Source: Candidatus Latescibacterota bacterium (lineage in GTDB: Bacteria > Latescibacterota > UBA2968 > UBA8231). From it: 64,000 nt of DNA. Of the stretch, positions 32,166 through 41,505 are shown one piece after another. The notes below the pieces were generated by a model, which searched no databases, was not told the origin of the DNA, and saw nothing but the letters and a program-made list of their open reading frames with translations. The translations under genes were made by a program, and so were the position numbers. Positions within the stretch are counted from its first letter, which is position 1. Every line of letters begins with the position of its first letter. The stretch lies in the NCBI GenBank assembly GCA_965223905.1, contig CBDCXV010000011.1:1824001-1888000 (forward strand). The letters are read 5' to 3'.

Positions 32166-32570
32166 CTACTCCTGCGAGCCTTCGCCCGCCGCCGGCTTCG
32201 CGGCGTCGGTTCCGCCCCCGAGCACGGACGGATTCTCGACCTCATCACCGATGGTTTCCTCGAAATCCGGGAGCTGACTCTGCGGCACCCCGCCTTCCTG
32301 CAGCATTCTCTCTGTAGCCGTCATCGGCTGTTCGTCGGAGCTGCTCCACATGAACGACTGCACGAGGCAGCTGACCAGGAATGCCGTTGCGAGCGCGCTG
32401 GTCGTTTTCGAGAGAAAGGTCGCCGCGGTGCGGCCGCCGAGAACCGAAGACGAAGCCAACCCCCCTCCGACGGAGGCGGCCAAACCGCCGCCCTTGCCCG
32501 ATTGCATGAGCACGGCAACGATGAGGAGGATGGCGATCAGAACGTGAAGAATCGTGAGCAGGACAATCAT
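32166..32570 (-). CDS. secG: Preprotein translocase subunit SecG
   Basis: LIVAVLMQSGKGGGLA, FLSKTT; follows tpiA. Confidence 0.93.
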   Translation of the reverse strand: MIVLLTILHVLIAILLIVAVLMQSGKGGGLAASVGGGLASSSVLGGRTAATFLSKTTSALATAFLVSCLVQSFMWSSSDEQPMTATERMLQEGGVPQSQLPDFEETIGDEVENPSVLGGGTDAAKPAAGEGSQE

Positions 32571-32574
32571 GACG

Positions 32575-33336
32575 TCACTCCGCGGCCCGGACTATCGCGG
32601 AAAAACTCCCCGCTTCAAGGGATGCTCCGCCAACGAGGCCGCCATCGATATTTTCGCGTGCGAAAAGGTCCTTAGCATTGTCTGGTTTGACACTCCCGCC
32701 GTACAGAATGCGAACTTGCTGGGCCACGCTTTGGCCCCAGTGGCGGCAAATTGAATCTCTGATAAGTCGGTGAAGGTCGTCCGCCTGCTCGGGGGTGGCG
32801 GTTCTACCGGTGCCGATAGCCCACACCGGCTCGTAGGCGATAACGGTTCGCGGGATGTCGTCGGAGGGAATCTCTTCCAGGGCCGCCTGCAGCTGTCCGA
32901 GAACGACTGCCTCAGTGCGACCGCCCTCTCGCTCTGCCAGCGTTTCGCCGATGCACAAGAGAGGTGAGAGGCCGAAGTATAACGCGGCCTTCAATTTCCG
33001 ATTGACGGCCGCGTCGGTTTCGGCGAACGACTGCCGTCTTTCAGAGTGACCTAAAATAACGTGGGTGCAACCACTGGTCAACAACATGGGAGCCGAGATC
33101 TCACCGGTGAACGCCCCGGTTTCTTCCCAGTGCATGTTCTGCGCCCCGAGAGAAATCGCGCTCTCTTTCAAGGCGTTCCGGACCTGGAACAGGGAGGTGT
33201 GCGGAGGGCAGACGACTACGTCGCGAGAGATGCAGAACGCTTCGATTCGGCCGCGCAGATCCGCTGCAAGGCAAGCGGCCTCGGGACCGGTTTTGTGCAT
33301 CTTCCAGTTTGCGGCTATCAGAGGCTGGCGCTTCAT
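32575..33336 (-). CDS. tpiA: Triosephosphate isomerase
   Basis: ANWKM, GHSERR, AYEPVWAIGTG, LYGGSV, LVGGASL. Confidence 0.98.
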   Translation of the reverse strand: MKRQPLIAANWKMHKTGPEAACLAADLRGRIEAFCISRDVVVCPPHTSLFQVRNALKESAISLGAQNMHWEETGAFTGEISAPMLLTSGCTHVILGHSERRQSFAETDAAVNRKLKAALYFGLSPLLCIGETLAEREGGRTEAVVLGQLQAALEEIPSDDIPRTVIAYEPVWAIGTGRTATPEQADDLHRLIRDSICRHWGQSVAQQVRILYGGSVKPDNAKDLFARENIDGGLVGGASLEAGSFSAIVRAAE

Positions 33337-33617
33337 GGACGGGACCTACCGCTGCCTTGCGACAGGCGGCTGTGCTAGTGCCTGCGCGCGCAATTCCGCG
33401 TGAATTCCGCCGCCGCTGCATCTTGAGGGGAAATCGCGGTTCAATCCAAACCAGTTCATCTGTGCGATTTTACCCTAAATCCCATCTCACGGCGGTGCCT
33501 TCGCTCGCCGTACACCCCCGGTACGGCACGCTCAGGTTCCTTGCGAGCCGGGCGCTTCGGCGAAAGGACGCAGTTGGTCCTCGCCCTCGTTCGTAACTCT
33601 TCTTACGCCCGCAGACA

Positions 33618-34817
33618 CTAGCCGTCTGAAAGAGCTGCCGCTCCCGGCAGCTCTAAACCGGCGAGGCATTCGAGGGAAGCGCCCCCCCCGGTAGAGACGT
33701 GGGTCATGCGGTCGGCTACCCCGGCCTTCGCCACCGCGGCCGCGGTGTCCCCTCCTCCGATGATGGTCACCGCGCCCGATTCCCAGCCGGCCCGTTCCAG
33801 GCAGCGGGCCATCGAGAGCGTAGCGTTCGCGAACGGCTCTACCTCGAAAACACCCAGGGGTCCGTTCCAGACGACGGTGCCCGCCTTGCTTGCCCGGTCT
33901 TCGAACAGGGAGCTCGTTTCCGGTCCCACATCCAGCCCCTGCAGGCCTTCCGGGATGGCGGCGGCGGCGACTACCTCGGTATCGACACCCGCGGCGATGC
34001 GGCCGGCTACGACGAGGTCCACCGGCAGCAGCAACTCGACGCCACTGCTTTCCGCCTGGGACAGCAGCTCGCCAGCCACCGCCACGGACTCCGGGTCGAA
34101 CAGGGAGTCCCCGATCTCCAGCCCCCGTGCTTTCAGAAAGGTGTACGACATGCCGCCGCCAATGAGCAGGGTGTCGACTTTGGTCATCAGGTTGCGGATC
34201 ACCTCGATCTTGTCGGGCACCTTGGCACCCCCCAGGATTGCGATAAAGGGCCTCTGGGGATCGGCGATGGCGTCCTGGAGGTACTGCAGCTCCCTTTTCA
34301 TCAGGTAGCCGCTGATTGCCTCGTCGAAAAAATGGGTTACTCCCTCCGTGGAAGCGTGGGCGCGATGGGCGGCGCCGAATGCGTCGTTGACGTAGAGATC
34401 CCCAAGGCCGGCCAGCTGCCGCGCGAAATCGGGGTCGTTCTCCTCTTCTTCGGGGTGGAAGCGCAGGTTCTCCAGCAGGATCACATGCCCAGGCTTGAGG
34501 TCCGCGGCCATGCGCCGCGTTTCTTCGCCGATGCAGTCCGGCGCCAGGTGGACCGAGGTTCCCAGCAGCTGATGCAACAGGCTGGCCACCGGCGCGAGCG
34601 TGAGGTCGGGCCGGTGCTGTCCCCTGGGGCGGCCGAGGTGGGACATCAGCACGAGCGAGGCCCCCTTTTCCAGAAGACGCCACAGGGTCGGCAGCGCCGC
34701 CTTCACGCGCGTGTCGTCGGTAATGTTGCGGTCGGCGTCTATCGGCACGTTGAAATCGACACGCACCAGGACGCGCTTGCCGGCTACATCGGCGTCGTCA
34801 ATCGTTTTTTTCGGCAT
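33618..34817 (-). CDS. pgk: Phosphoglycerate kinase
   Basis: RVDFNVP, SHLGRP, LLENLRF, DAFGAAHRAHAS, STGGGASL. Confidence 0.98.
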   Translation of the reverse strand: MPKKTIDDADVAGKRVLVRVDFNVPIDADRNITDDTRVKAALPTLWRLLEKGASLVLMSHLGRPRGQHRPDLTLAPVASLLHQLLGTSVHLAPDCIGEETRRMAADLKPGHVILLENLRFHPEEEENDPDFARQLAGLGDLYVNDAFGAAHRAHASTEGVTHFFDEAISGYLMKRELQYLQDAIADPQRPFIAILGGAKVPDKIEVIRNLMTKVDTLLIGGGMSYTFLKARGLEIGDSLFDPESVAVAGELLSQAESSGVELLLPVDLVVAGRIAAGVDTEVVAAAAIPEGLQGLDVGPETSSLFEDRASKAGTVVWNGPLGVFEVEPFANATLSMARCLERAGWESGAVTIIGGGDTAAAVAKAGVADRMTHVSTGGGASLECLAGLELPGAAALSDG

Positions 34818-34879
34818 GGGCTTTCTCCGCGGGCTACTGCCCGGCCTTGCCATTGAAAACAGTGTTCATATTCGCTGAG

Positions 34880-35920
34880 TCACCCGAAAAAAACTCGCGC
34901 GATGTCGAAAAGATCCTCACCCACCATCTTCAGCTCTCCGATCCCTTCCCCGAGGGGGATGGGCACGATCTCATTTCCCTGCAGGCTCACCATCTTGCCG
35001 AAATCGCCGGCGGCGACCAAGTCTATGGCGGCGATCCCGAACCGGGTTCCCAGAACGCGATCGAAAGCCGTCGGGGTGCCGCCGCGCTGCAAATGACCCA
35101 GAACGGTAACCCTGGTTTCGTAGCCTGTCCGCTTTTCGATCTCCTCCCCCACCAGGTGTCCCACCCCGCCCAGTTTCAGGTGGCCGAACTCGTCCTTGCC
35201 CTGCGATGAAACCACGTGGTCGTCCGTTCCCTCGATCTTCACTCCCTCCGCAACCACGACGATGCTGAAGTCCTTCCCGCGCTCGTGGCGCTTCTGAATC
35301 GACGCGACGATCTCGGTGATCGAGTACGCCTGTTCGGGGATCAGGATCATGTCTGCTCCCCCGGCGATGCCGGCGTGGACGGCAATCCAGCCGCTGTGCC
35401 TTCCCATCACTTCGACGACCATCACCCTGTTGTGGGATTCGGCGGTCGTGTGAATGCGATCCAGCGCCTCGGTGACGATATTGACCGCGGTGTCGAAACC
35501 GAAGGTGTAGTCCGTTTTGCTGATGTCGTTGTCGATTGTCTTGGGGACCCCGACCACCGGAGCATCCATCTCCGTGAGCTGGTGTGCGACCGTAAGGGTG
35601 TCGTCCCCCCCTATGGCGATCAGGGCGTCGAGCTTCATACGCTTGATGTTTTCGACGACGATATCGCCGCCGTCGGGATCCTTGAACGGGTTGGTTCTCG
35701 AAGTACCCAGTATGGTCCCGCCTCGCGGCAGGATGCCGGAGATCTCCTCGAGCCCGATGGGCAGCCACTGGCACTCGAGCATTCCCCTCCAGCCGAGTAG
35801 CACCCCGCGGAAGCGGTACCCGTACTCGACGATACCTTTGCGAACTGCGGCGCGAATGACGGCATTCAGTCCGGGACAGTCGCCACCTCCGGTAAGAATT
35901 CCGACCGTCTTATTCGGCAA
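34880..35920 (-). CDS. pfkA: 6-phosphofructokinase
   Basis: GGDCPGLNAVIR, GGTILGTSR, GGDDT, PKTIDND, EVMGRHSG. TTG start chosen because AGGAG lies 5 nt upstream. Confidence 0.95.
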   Translation of the reverse strand: MPNKTVGILTGGGDCPGLNAVIRAAVRKGIVEYGYRFRGVLLGWRGMLECQWLPIGLEEISGILPRGGTILGTSRTNPFKDPDGGDIVVENIKRMKLDALIAIGGDDTLTVAHQLTEMDAPVVGVPKTIDNDISKTDYTFGFDTAVNIVTEALDRIHTTAESHNRVMVVEVMGRHSGWIAVHAGIAGGADMILIPEQAYSITEIVASIQKRHERGKDFSIVVVAEGVKIEGTDDHVVSSQGKDEFGHLKLGGVGHLVGEEIEKRTGYETRVTVLGHLQRGGTPTAFDRVLGTRFGIAAIDLVAAGDFGKMVSLQGNEIVPIPLGEGIGELKMVGEDLFDIARVFFG

Positions 35921-36106
35921 TTCCACTCCTGTTTCTGCAAAATGCGTCGGAAAATCCACCTCGGGAGCGAGCCCCCTCTCGGATGGGTTTCCTCTCCTTC
36001 AGGAGGGGGCGATAAATCCTCGTCCCTCGCGCCCTGCGGCAGCGGGGACGCCCCTCGATGGCCCCCGGAAAACCGCTGTCCGGCAGGGCGATGCGAGAGG
36101 GCGGCA

Positions 36107-36135
36107 ATTCTATCTCGCCCTGTGGATAACGTCAA
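36107..36135 (-). promoter_or_regulatory. Sigma70 promoter of pfkA containing a perfect DnaA box
   Basis: TTGACG-17 bp-TAGAAT; the spacer begins with TTATCCACA (36121-36129). Confidence 0.75.
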
Positions 36136-36150
36136 GACGGACGGGGACTT

Positions 36151-36963
36151 TCAGGCTCCTTTCAAAGGTGCCGAAGCGAGCGCCAGGACGACCACGGAAG
36201 CCCCCCGTGCGGCGAGGGTTTCCGCGCATGCCCCGATGGTCGAGCCGGTCGTTATCACATCGTCGACCAGGCCCGCGACAACCCCTCGAGGGAGGGCGGA
36301 TGCCGCGAATGCGGAGCTGAGGTTTTGCATCCGTTCCGCCGCCGTCAACTTCGCCTGCTGACGAGTCGCCACGACCCTCCTGACCTTGTCCGCGGCGACC
36401 GGCTTGCCGCTTGCCGCGGCGATGCCGCGGGCAATGAGCAGGCTCTGGTTGAACCCGCGCTCCCGCAGCCGGGTCGGGTGAAGCGGTACCGGGACCAGCA
36501 GGTCGATGCATCCGAGCTCCTCGAACCCGGGCAGTGAGGCCAGGTGCATGCCCAACTCCACGGCCAGCCTGCGATGGCCGGCGAACTTGATCGCATGGAC
36601 GGCCTCCCTCAGGGCGCCTGCGAACGGCCCCAGCACCAGGGCGCGCTCGATCACCGGAGGCCAGTTCCGGCACTGGGAACAGTCCTTCAGGGAAGAACCG
36701 GGGTCTCCGGGCAACGCGCCGGTCCGCACACGAACGCCGCTGCAGCGAGGACACCGGTTCGCAAGAGGCTGGACGATCTCATCGCGGCAGGAAGGACACA
36801 GGGCCTGTTCCAGCGAAACGACGGGCTCGCGGCAGACTGCGCAGTGCGGCGGGTAGACGAAATCGAGCAGACACCTGGCGCCGGCGCGAAGAGTGTGTGC
36901 GATCCGCGTCGCCGCTGTTTCCGATGCGTCGCACTCCTGGGCGGCGTGGGAGTTGCTGGCCAT
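36151..36963 (-). CDS. comF: ComF family protein (Zn ribbon + phosphoribosyltransferase fold)
   Basis: CxxC motifs, PVPLHP.R..ERGFNQS, LVDDVITTGST. Confidence 0.92.
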   Translation of the reverse strand: MASNSHAAQECDASETAATRIAHTLRAGARCLLDFVYPPHCAVCREPVVSLEQALCPSCRDEIVQPLANRCPRCSGVRVRTGALPGDPGSSLKDCSQCRNWPPVIERALVLGPFAGALREAVHAIKFAGHRRLAVELGMHLASLPGFEELGCIDLLVPVPLHPTRLRERGFNQSLLIARGIAAASGKPVAADKVRRVVATRQQAKLTAAERMQNLSSAFAASALPRGVVAGLVDDVITTGSTIGACAETLAARGASVVVLALASAPLKGA

Positions 36964-37124
36964 GGCGGGGAGATCGCATCAACAACCGTGCCCGGCCGGG
37001 AATTCCGCGCCGCCTGACTCCCTCCCACACACCAACCGACCCGGGATGGCTTTTTCCGGTATTCCCTCTCCTCCTCATCCCATTTCCGCGTGAATCGGGG
37101 GTTTTTTAAGGTTGCTGCATGAAA

Positions 37125-37154
37125 TTGACGGCGAGGTCGCAGGACCGTTATGCT
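37125..37154 (+). promoter_or_regulatory. Possible sigma70 promoter of the M16 peptidase gene
   Basis: TTGACG-18 bp-TATGCT. Confidence 0.45.
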
Positions 37155-37206
37155 CTTCCACTCCGCATCCCACTCACCACAGCGAAGTCACCCGAGAGCA
37201 ACCAGC

Positions 37207-40125
37207 ATGACCCGATCGTTGGCCCTGGCATGGCGGATCGCGGCCGCGCTCGCCGTCGCCATCCCCTCCTGGTCACAGCCGAAGCTCATCGAGGCGCCGG
37301 ATCCGTCGGACCCGATGGCCGTTCACGTCTACCGCCTGAAGAACGGCCTGACCGTATATCTCAGCGAAAACGATCAGAAACCCCGGTTTCACGCCGAGAC
37401 CGCCGTCAGGGCGGGCAGCAAGCACGACCCCGGAATATCTACCGGGATCGCCCATTACCTCGAGCACATGCTGTTCAAGGGCACGACTCGTCTCGGCACC
37501 CTCTATTACGAGGCGGAGCGCGTCCATCTCGACAGCATCGTAACCCTCTACGAACGCCGCTTCGCCGAGACCGATTCGACGCAGCGCCGGAAGCTCTACG
37601 CCCTGATCAACGAACAAGGACAGCTCGGATCGCGGCACGCCGTCCCCGGCGAGCTGGACCGGGTCTACGCCTCCCTCGGGGCGGAGGGTCTCAACGCCCA
37701 CACCTGGTTCGAAGAGACGGTGTACAAGGTCGACCTGCCGGCGAATCGACTCCCCCAATGGGCACGGTTGGAAGCGGAGCGCTTCTCGCAACCGGTTTTC
37801 AGACTGTTCCAGACCGAGCTCGAAACCGTGTACGAGGAGAAGAACCGCTCGCTCGACAACAAGGACCGGCTCATCCGGGAGGCGGTGAACCGCCGCCTCT
37901 ACAAGGTTCATCCCTACGGGCAGCAGACGACTCTCGGCTCGGTGGAACACCTGAAGAACCCGTCCCTCAAGCTGATGTACGAGTATTTCCGGACCTGGTA
38001 CGTTCCGAACAACATGGCGGTAATCGTCTCGGGGGACATCGACATCGAGGAGACGATCGCCCTGATCGAGCGCGAGTTCTCCAACTGGGAACCGCGCCGG
38101 CTTCCGAAGCGGAGGAAGTGGAAAGAGAAGAAGCTGAAGGAAGTCGAACGCGTCGAGGTGGTCTACCCTGGAGAGGAGTACGTTCTGCTTGCGTTCCGCA
38201 CCGCTGCGAGCACCCACAAGCAGACCGAGGCGCTGCAGGTGCTCGATTACATCCTCGACAACGCCACCGCCGGCCTCATCAACCTCAACCTCAACCAGAA
38301 GCAGCGGGTGCGGCGCGCCGGCTCCTGGACGACGTCCCACCACAACAGCAACGACTACGGAGCCCAGTATCTGTACGGAGTCCCCAAGGAGGGACAGAGC
38401 CTGGAGGAAGTCGAGGCGCTCCTGCTCGAGCAGGTGGAGTTGATCAAGTCGGGGGAGTTCGAAGACTGGATCATTCCCGCCATCGTCACCGACTGGAAGA
38501 AGGAGTACCGCAGGAAGCTCGAGGCGAACAGCTCGCGAGTCGGACTGATGAACGAGGCGTTCCTGTCTTTCCGGAAGTGGAACCACGCCCGCCGCAAGCT
38601 CGAACGCATGGCCAGCCTGCGCCGGAAGGACATCGTCAAGGTGGCGAAGAAGTACTTCAGCGATGGCTACGTCGCCGGCTACCGCCGCGACGGCGATCCG
38701 GAAGTTCCCAGGATCGAGAAACCGGAACTGGACGCCATCGACATCGACCCCTCGAAGCAGTCCCCTTTCGCCGCCGAAATCCTCGCGCTTCCGAGTGAGG
38801 AGATCGAACCGGTGTTCGTGGTACCCGGCAGGGATTTCACCAGGAAGAAGCTGCGCGACGGAGTCGATCTGTACTACGCCGCCAACCCCCTGAACGACCT
38901 CTTTTCCTTCGAGATATCGGTCGACGTCGGCAAGCTGACGGACGAGCGGCTGGGGGTGGCCGGGCGGCTCCTCGACAAGTCGGGTGCCGGGGAGTTGAGC
39001 GCCGGGGACCTGAAGAAGGAGTGGTACCGCCTGGGAACGGAGTTCTCCTTCTCCCCGGGCAGCCACGCGACGAGCATCTCCATCTCCGGGCTGGACGAAA
39101 ACTTCGCAGCCTCCATCGATCTGATGGTAGCGGCCCTGAGCCGGGCCGCGGCCCCGGACAGCACCCTTGGGGAGCTGATCGGCATCATCCTGGCACAGCG
39201 GCAGGACGCGGTAAAGGATCACAACACCGTTCACCGTGCCCTGTTCCGCTACAACCGCCATGGAGACAACTCCTCCTTCCTGCGGGTCGTTCCGAACGAG
39301 CGGCTCCGGCGCCTGACAGTAGGGGAATTGCACGGGCTAGTTGCGAGCCTGTTGTCCTACGAGCACGACCTGTCGTATACGGGGTCGCTGCCGCTCGAGG
39401 AGATTACGGCGACGCTGTCGCAACGGTACCCGCCCATGACAGCCCAACTGAAACCTCCCCCCCCGTTCGAGGCCCTGGAGATACGCCGTCCAGAGGAGAC
39501 CGAAATCCTGTTTTTCGACAAGGAGATGGCCCAGGCCCTGGTGCGCATCGAATCCGGCGGCGAGACCTACGGCGAAAACAGGCGCCCCCAGATCGACCTC
39601 TTCAACGAGTATTTCTACGGCGGTATGGCCGGAATCGTCTTCCAGGAACTCAGGGAAGCCAGGGCCCTGGCGTACTCGACCTGGGCCTGGCTGTTCCCGG
39701 GAACCCGCAAGGGGGATTTCGACCTGTTCTCCGCCTTCATCGGCTGCCAGGCGGACAAGACCCCCGAAGCGGTCGGGGCGTTCCTCGAGCTGATCGACGA
39801 CATCCCCGCCTCGAAAGAGCGCTTCGCCGCGGCGCGAAAGGCGCTGGTGGAGCAGTACCGCACCCGCAGACTCGGGTTCAGGGACGTGCTGGGGGCGGTG
39901 CACAAGTGGGAACTCCAGGAAGTCCCGGTCGATCCGAGACAACAGCGATTCGAACGGATCCGCTCCTCCTCGCTAGAGCGGCTTCTCGACTACCATGCCG
40001 AGCATATCGGCGGGCGGCCGAAGATGATCTCGGTCGTGGGGGACGGATCGAAGTTCGACCTCGACCGCCTCGGCAGGTACGGCAAGGTGGTTGCCGTCGG
40101 AACCGAGGAAATCTTCGGGTATTGA
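37207..40125 (+). CDS. M16 (insulinase/pitrilysin) family zinc peptidase, exported
   Basis: Signal peptide, LKNGLTV, HYLEH (HxxEH), ELETVYEE, FQELREARALAYS. Confidence 0.93.
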   Translation: MTRSLALAWRIAAALAVAIPSWSQPKLIEAPDPSDPMAVHVYRLKNGLTVYLSENDQKPRFHAETAVRAGSKHDPGISTGIAHYLEHMLFKGTTRLGTLYYEAERVHLDSIVTLYERRFAETDSTQRRKLYALINEQGQLGSRHAVPGELDRVYASLGAEGLNAHTWFEETVYKVDLPANRLPQWARLEAERFSQPVFRLFQTELETVYEEKNRSLDNKDRLIREAVNRRLYKVHPYGQQTTLGSVEHLKNPSLKLMYEYFRTWYVPNNMAVIVSGDIDIEETIALIEREFSNWEPRRLPKRRKWKEKKLKEVERVEVVYPGEEYVLLAFRTAASTHKQTEALQVLDYILDNATAGLINLNLNQKQRVRRAGSWTTSHHNSNDYGAQYLYGVPKEGQSLEEVEALLLEQVELIKSGEFEDWIIPAIVTDWKKEYRRKLEANSSRVGLMNEAFLSFRKWNHARRKLERMASLRRKDIVKVAKKYFSDGYVAGYRRDGDPEVPRIEKPELDAIDIDPSKQSPFAAEILALPSEEIEPVFVVPGRDFTRKKLRDGVDLYYAANPLNDLFSFEISVDVGKLTDERLGVAGRLLDKSGAGELSAGDLKKEWYRLGTEFSFSPGSHATSISISGLDENFAASIDLMVAALSRAAAPDSTLGELIGIILAQRQDAVKDHNTVHRALFRYNRHGDNSSFLRVVPNERLRRLTVGELHGLVASLLSYEHDLSYTGSLPLEEITATLSQRYPPMTAQLKPPPPFEALEIRRPEETEILFFDKEMAQALVRIESGGETYGENRRPQIDLFNEYFYGGMAGIVFQELREARALAYSTWAWLFPGTRKGDFDLFSAFIGCQADKTPEAVGAFLELIDDIPASKERFAAARKALVEQYRTRRLGFRDVLGAVHKWELQEVPVDPRQQRFERIRSSSLERLLDYHAEHIGGRPKMISVVGDGSKFDLDRLGRYGKVVAVGTEEIFGY

Positions 40126-40163
40126 AGAACGAGTGCGTCCCGTGGTATTGCCCCGTTCCTTTG

Positions 40164-40192
40164 TTGACAGGAAACAGGGCCCCACCTAGGTT
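40164..40192 (+). promoter_or_regulatory. Sigma70 promoter of tRNA-Met
   Basis: TTGACA-17 bp-TAGGTT just upstream of the tRNA. Confidence 0.65.
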
Positions 40193-40204
40193 TGCGATTT
40201 TCGG

Positions 40205-40281
40205 GGCGGCGTAGCTCAGTTGGTTAGAGCAGTGGAATCATAATCCACGTGTCGGGGGTTCGAGTCCCTCCGCCGCTACCA
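40205..40281 (+). tRNA. tRNA-Met(CAT), probably elongator
   Basis: GGCGGCGTAGCTCAG...TCATAA...GTTCGAGTCC...ACCA; lacks the initiator GGG/CCC anticodon stem. Confidence 0.93.
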
Positions 40282-40293
40282 TCGAAACTGTCC

Positions 40294-40327
40294 AAAGGCG
40301 TCGAAGCCGACTCGAGCGCCTTTTTTT
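40294..40327 (+). terminator. Intrinsic terminator after tRNA-Met
   Basis: AAAGGCG-TCGA...TCGA-G-CGCCTTT stem followed by T7. Confidence 0.75.
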
Positions 40328-40664
40328 GTGCCGTTCCCTTCTTCCCCCGGCAACCCGCCGCAGCACCGGACGATCCCCCGCATACGGACTCATTCCCGTT
40401 GCCGGGACCATGGCGATCTCCCGGGACGGATTCGCCCCCTTCGACATCGAGCCCTGCCGGGGTACTCACCGCCGCCAATCTTTGGACGCCCCCTGTCCGG
40501 ATCTCGTTGCAGGGGTTCAGGCAAGGTCATGATCTACAATGGCCAGTGGCTTACGGAGGGAAGCGGCAGGGCAACCTGCGAGCCATAGACCCACAGGAAA
40601 GATCCCTGCGACCGCTTCGGGCCGGGACGCTGGATCCCGCGCCCCCGGCTTTCGCGTCACCCCC

Positions 40665-41459
40665 TCAGGGGCGGTCCACCCAGTGGCGGAAGAGCGGTCT
40701 CACCTCTGCGGGCAGCCGGGCGAACACCTCGGCCGGCACCAGGGGAACCACGTTCTCCGACAGCCCCCCGGCGGTCAGCCGTTCGCGCTCGTCCGATCCG
40801 GGCCGCAAGGAGTCGAGGTTCAGCCACCACGGGGCGAAGCGGATCGGCATGGCCACCCGTGGCTCGCCGGACCGGTTCGGGTTGATGGCGTGCCACAGCC
40901 TGCTGTCCATGACGAGCACGGATCCGGCATCCCCCTCCACGTCGACCTCGTCAGGATGGAGCTGGTTCGGATCGACGCCGGCGTCTCCAGAAGGGTTGTT
41001 GCCGAACCGGTGGGATCCCGGCACCACGAGGGTGCCCGTATCCGCGGTGAATGGGGTGAGCATCCAGATCGTCGTCAGGTGCAGCACGGCATCGGCGTAC
41101 GGCGCCTGAACGTGCCCGGCGTTCTGTTGATTGAACGGCCAGTCGGCGTGCCAGGCCCCCCGTTCGTTGCCCGGATGAGTCACCATGCAGGTGGTGTAGG
41201 ACACCCGCAGGTGCTCCCCCAGCAGCGCCTTGCACAGTCCCAGCAGGCGAGGCTCGGCGAGGTAGGGAGCGAAGGACTGGTCGAAGTTTATCAGTCCGGA
41301 CACCTTGTCGAGGCGGCTGCGCGGATCGGCGATCTTGCGGGCCGCGGCCGTGGCCAGGACGCTGTCGCGCACCCCGCCGACCGCGCCGGCCGGGATCACG
41401 CCTTCGAGCACGCAGAATCCGTCCTCGTCAATCCGGGTCCGGTGCGGGCAGGCGGTCAC
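40665..41459 (-). CDS. Phytanoyl-CoA dioxygenase (PhyH) family protein
   Basis: DEDGFCVL, WHAD, TLVVPGSH, DSRLWH, R-V-A motif. Confidence 0.9.
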   Translation of the reverse strand: MTACPHRTRIDEDGFCVLEGVIPAGAVGGVRDSVLATAAARKIADPRSRLDKVSGLINFDQSFAPYLAEPRLLGLCKALLGEHLRVSYTTCMVTHPGNERGAWHADWPFNQQNAGHVQAPYADAVLHLTTIWMLTPFTADTGTLVVPGSHRFGNNPSGDAGVDPNQLHPDEVDVEGDAGSVLVMDSRLWHAINPNRSGEPRVAMPIRFAPWWLNLDSLRPGSDERERLTAGGLSENVVPLVPAEVFARLPAEVRPLFRHWVDRP

Positions 41460-41505
41460 GGGATCACTGGACCTGGAAAGCGAACAGCCGATTCCACCGC
41501 CCGGG

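Noticed and set aside
33392-33406. GCGTGAAT motif recurring near 33398, 37088 and 47983
   Set aside because: Short motif that could recur by chance; needs statistical motif analysis.
36121-36129. Replication origin
   Set aside because: Only a single DnaA box was seen, with no AT-rich unwinding element or dnaA nearby.
40330-40660. Possible mobile-element remnant after tRNA-Met
   Set aside because: No recognisable ORF, repeat or att duplication.
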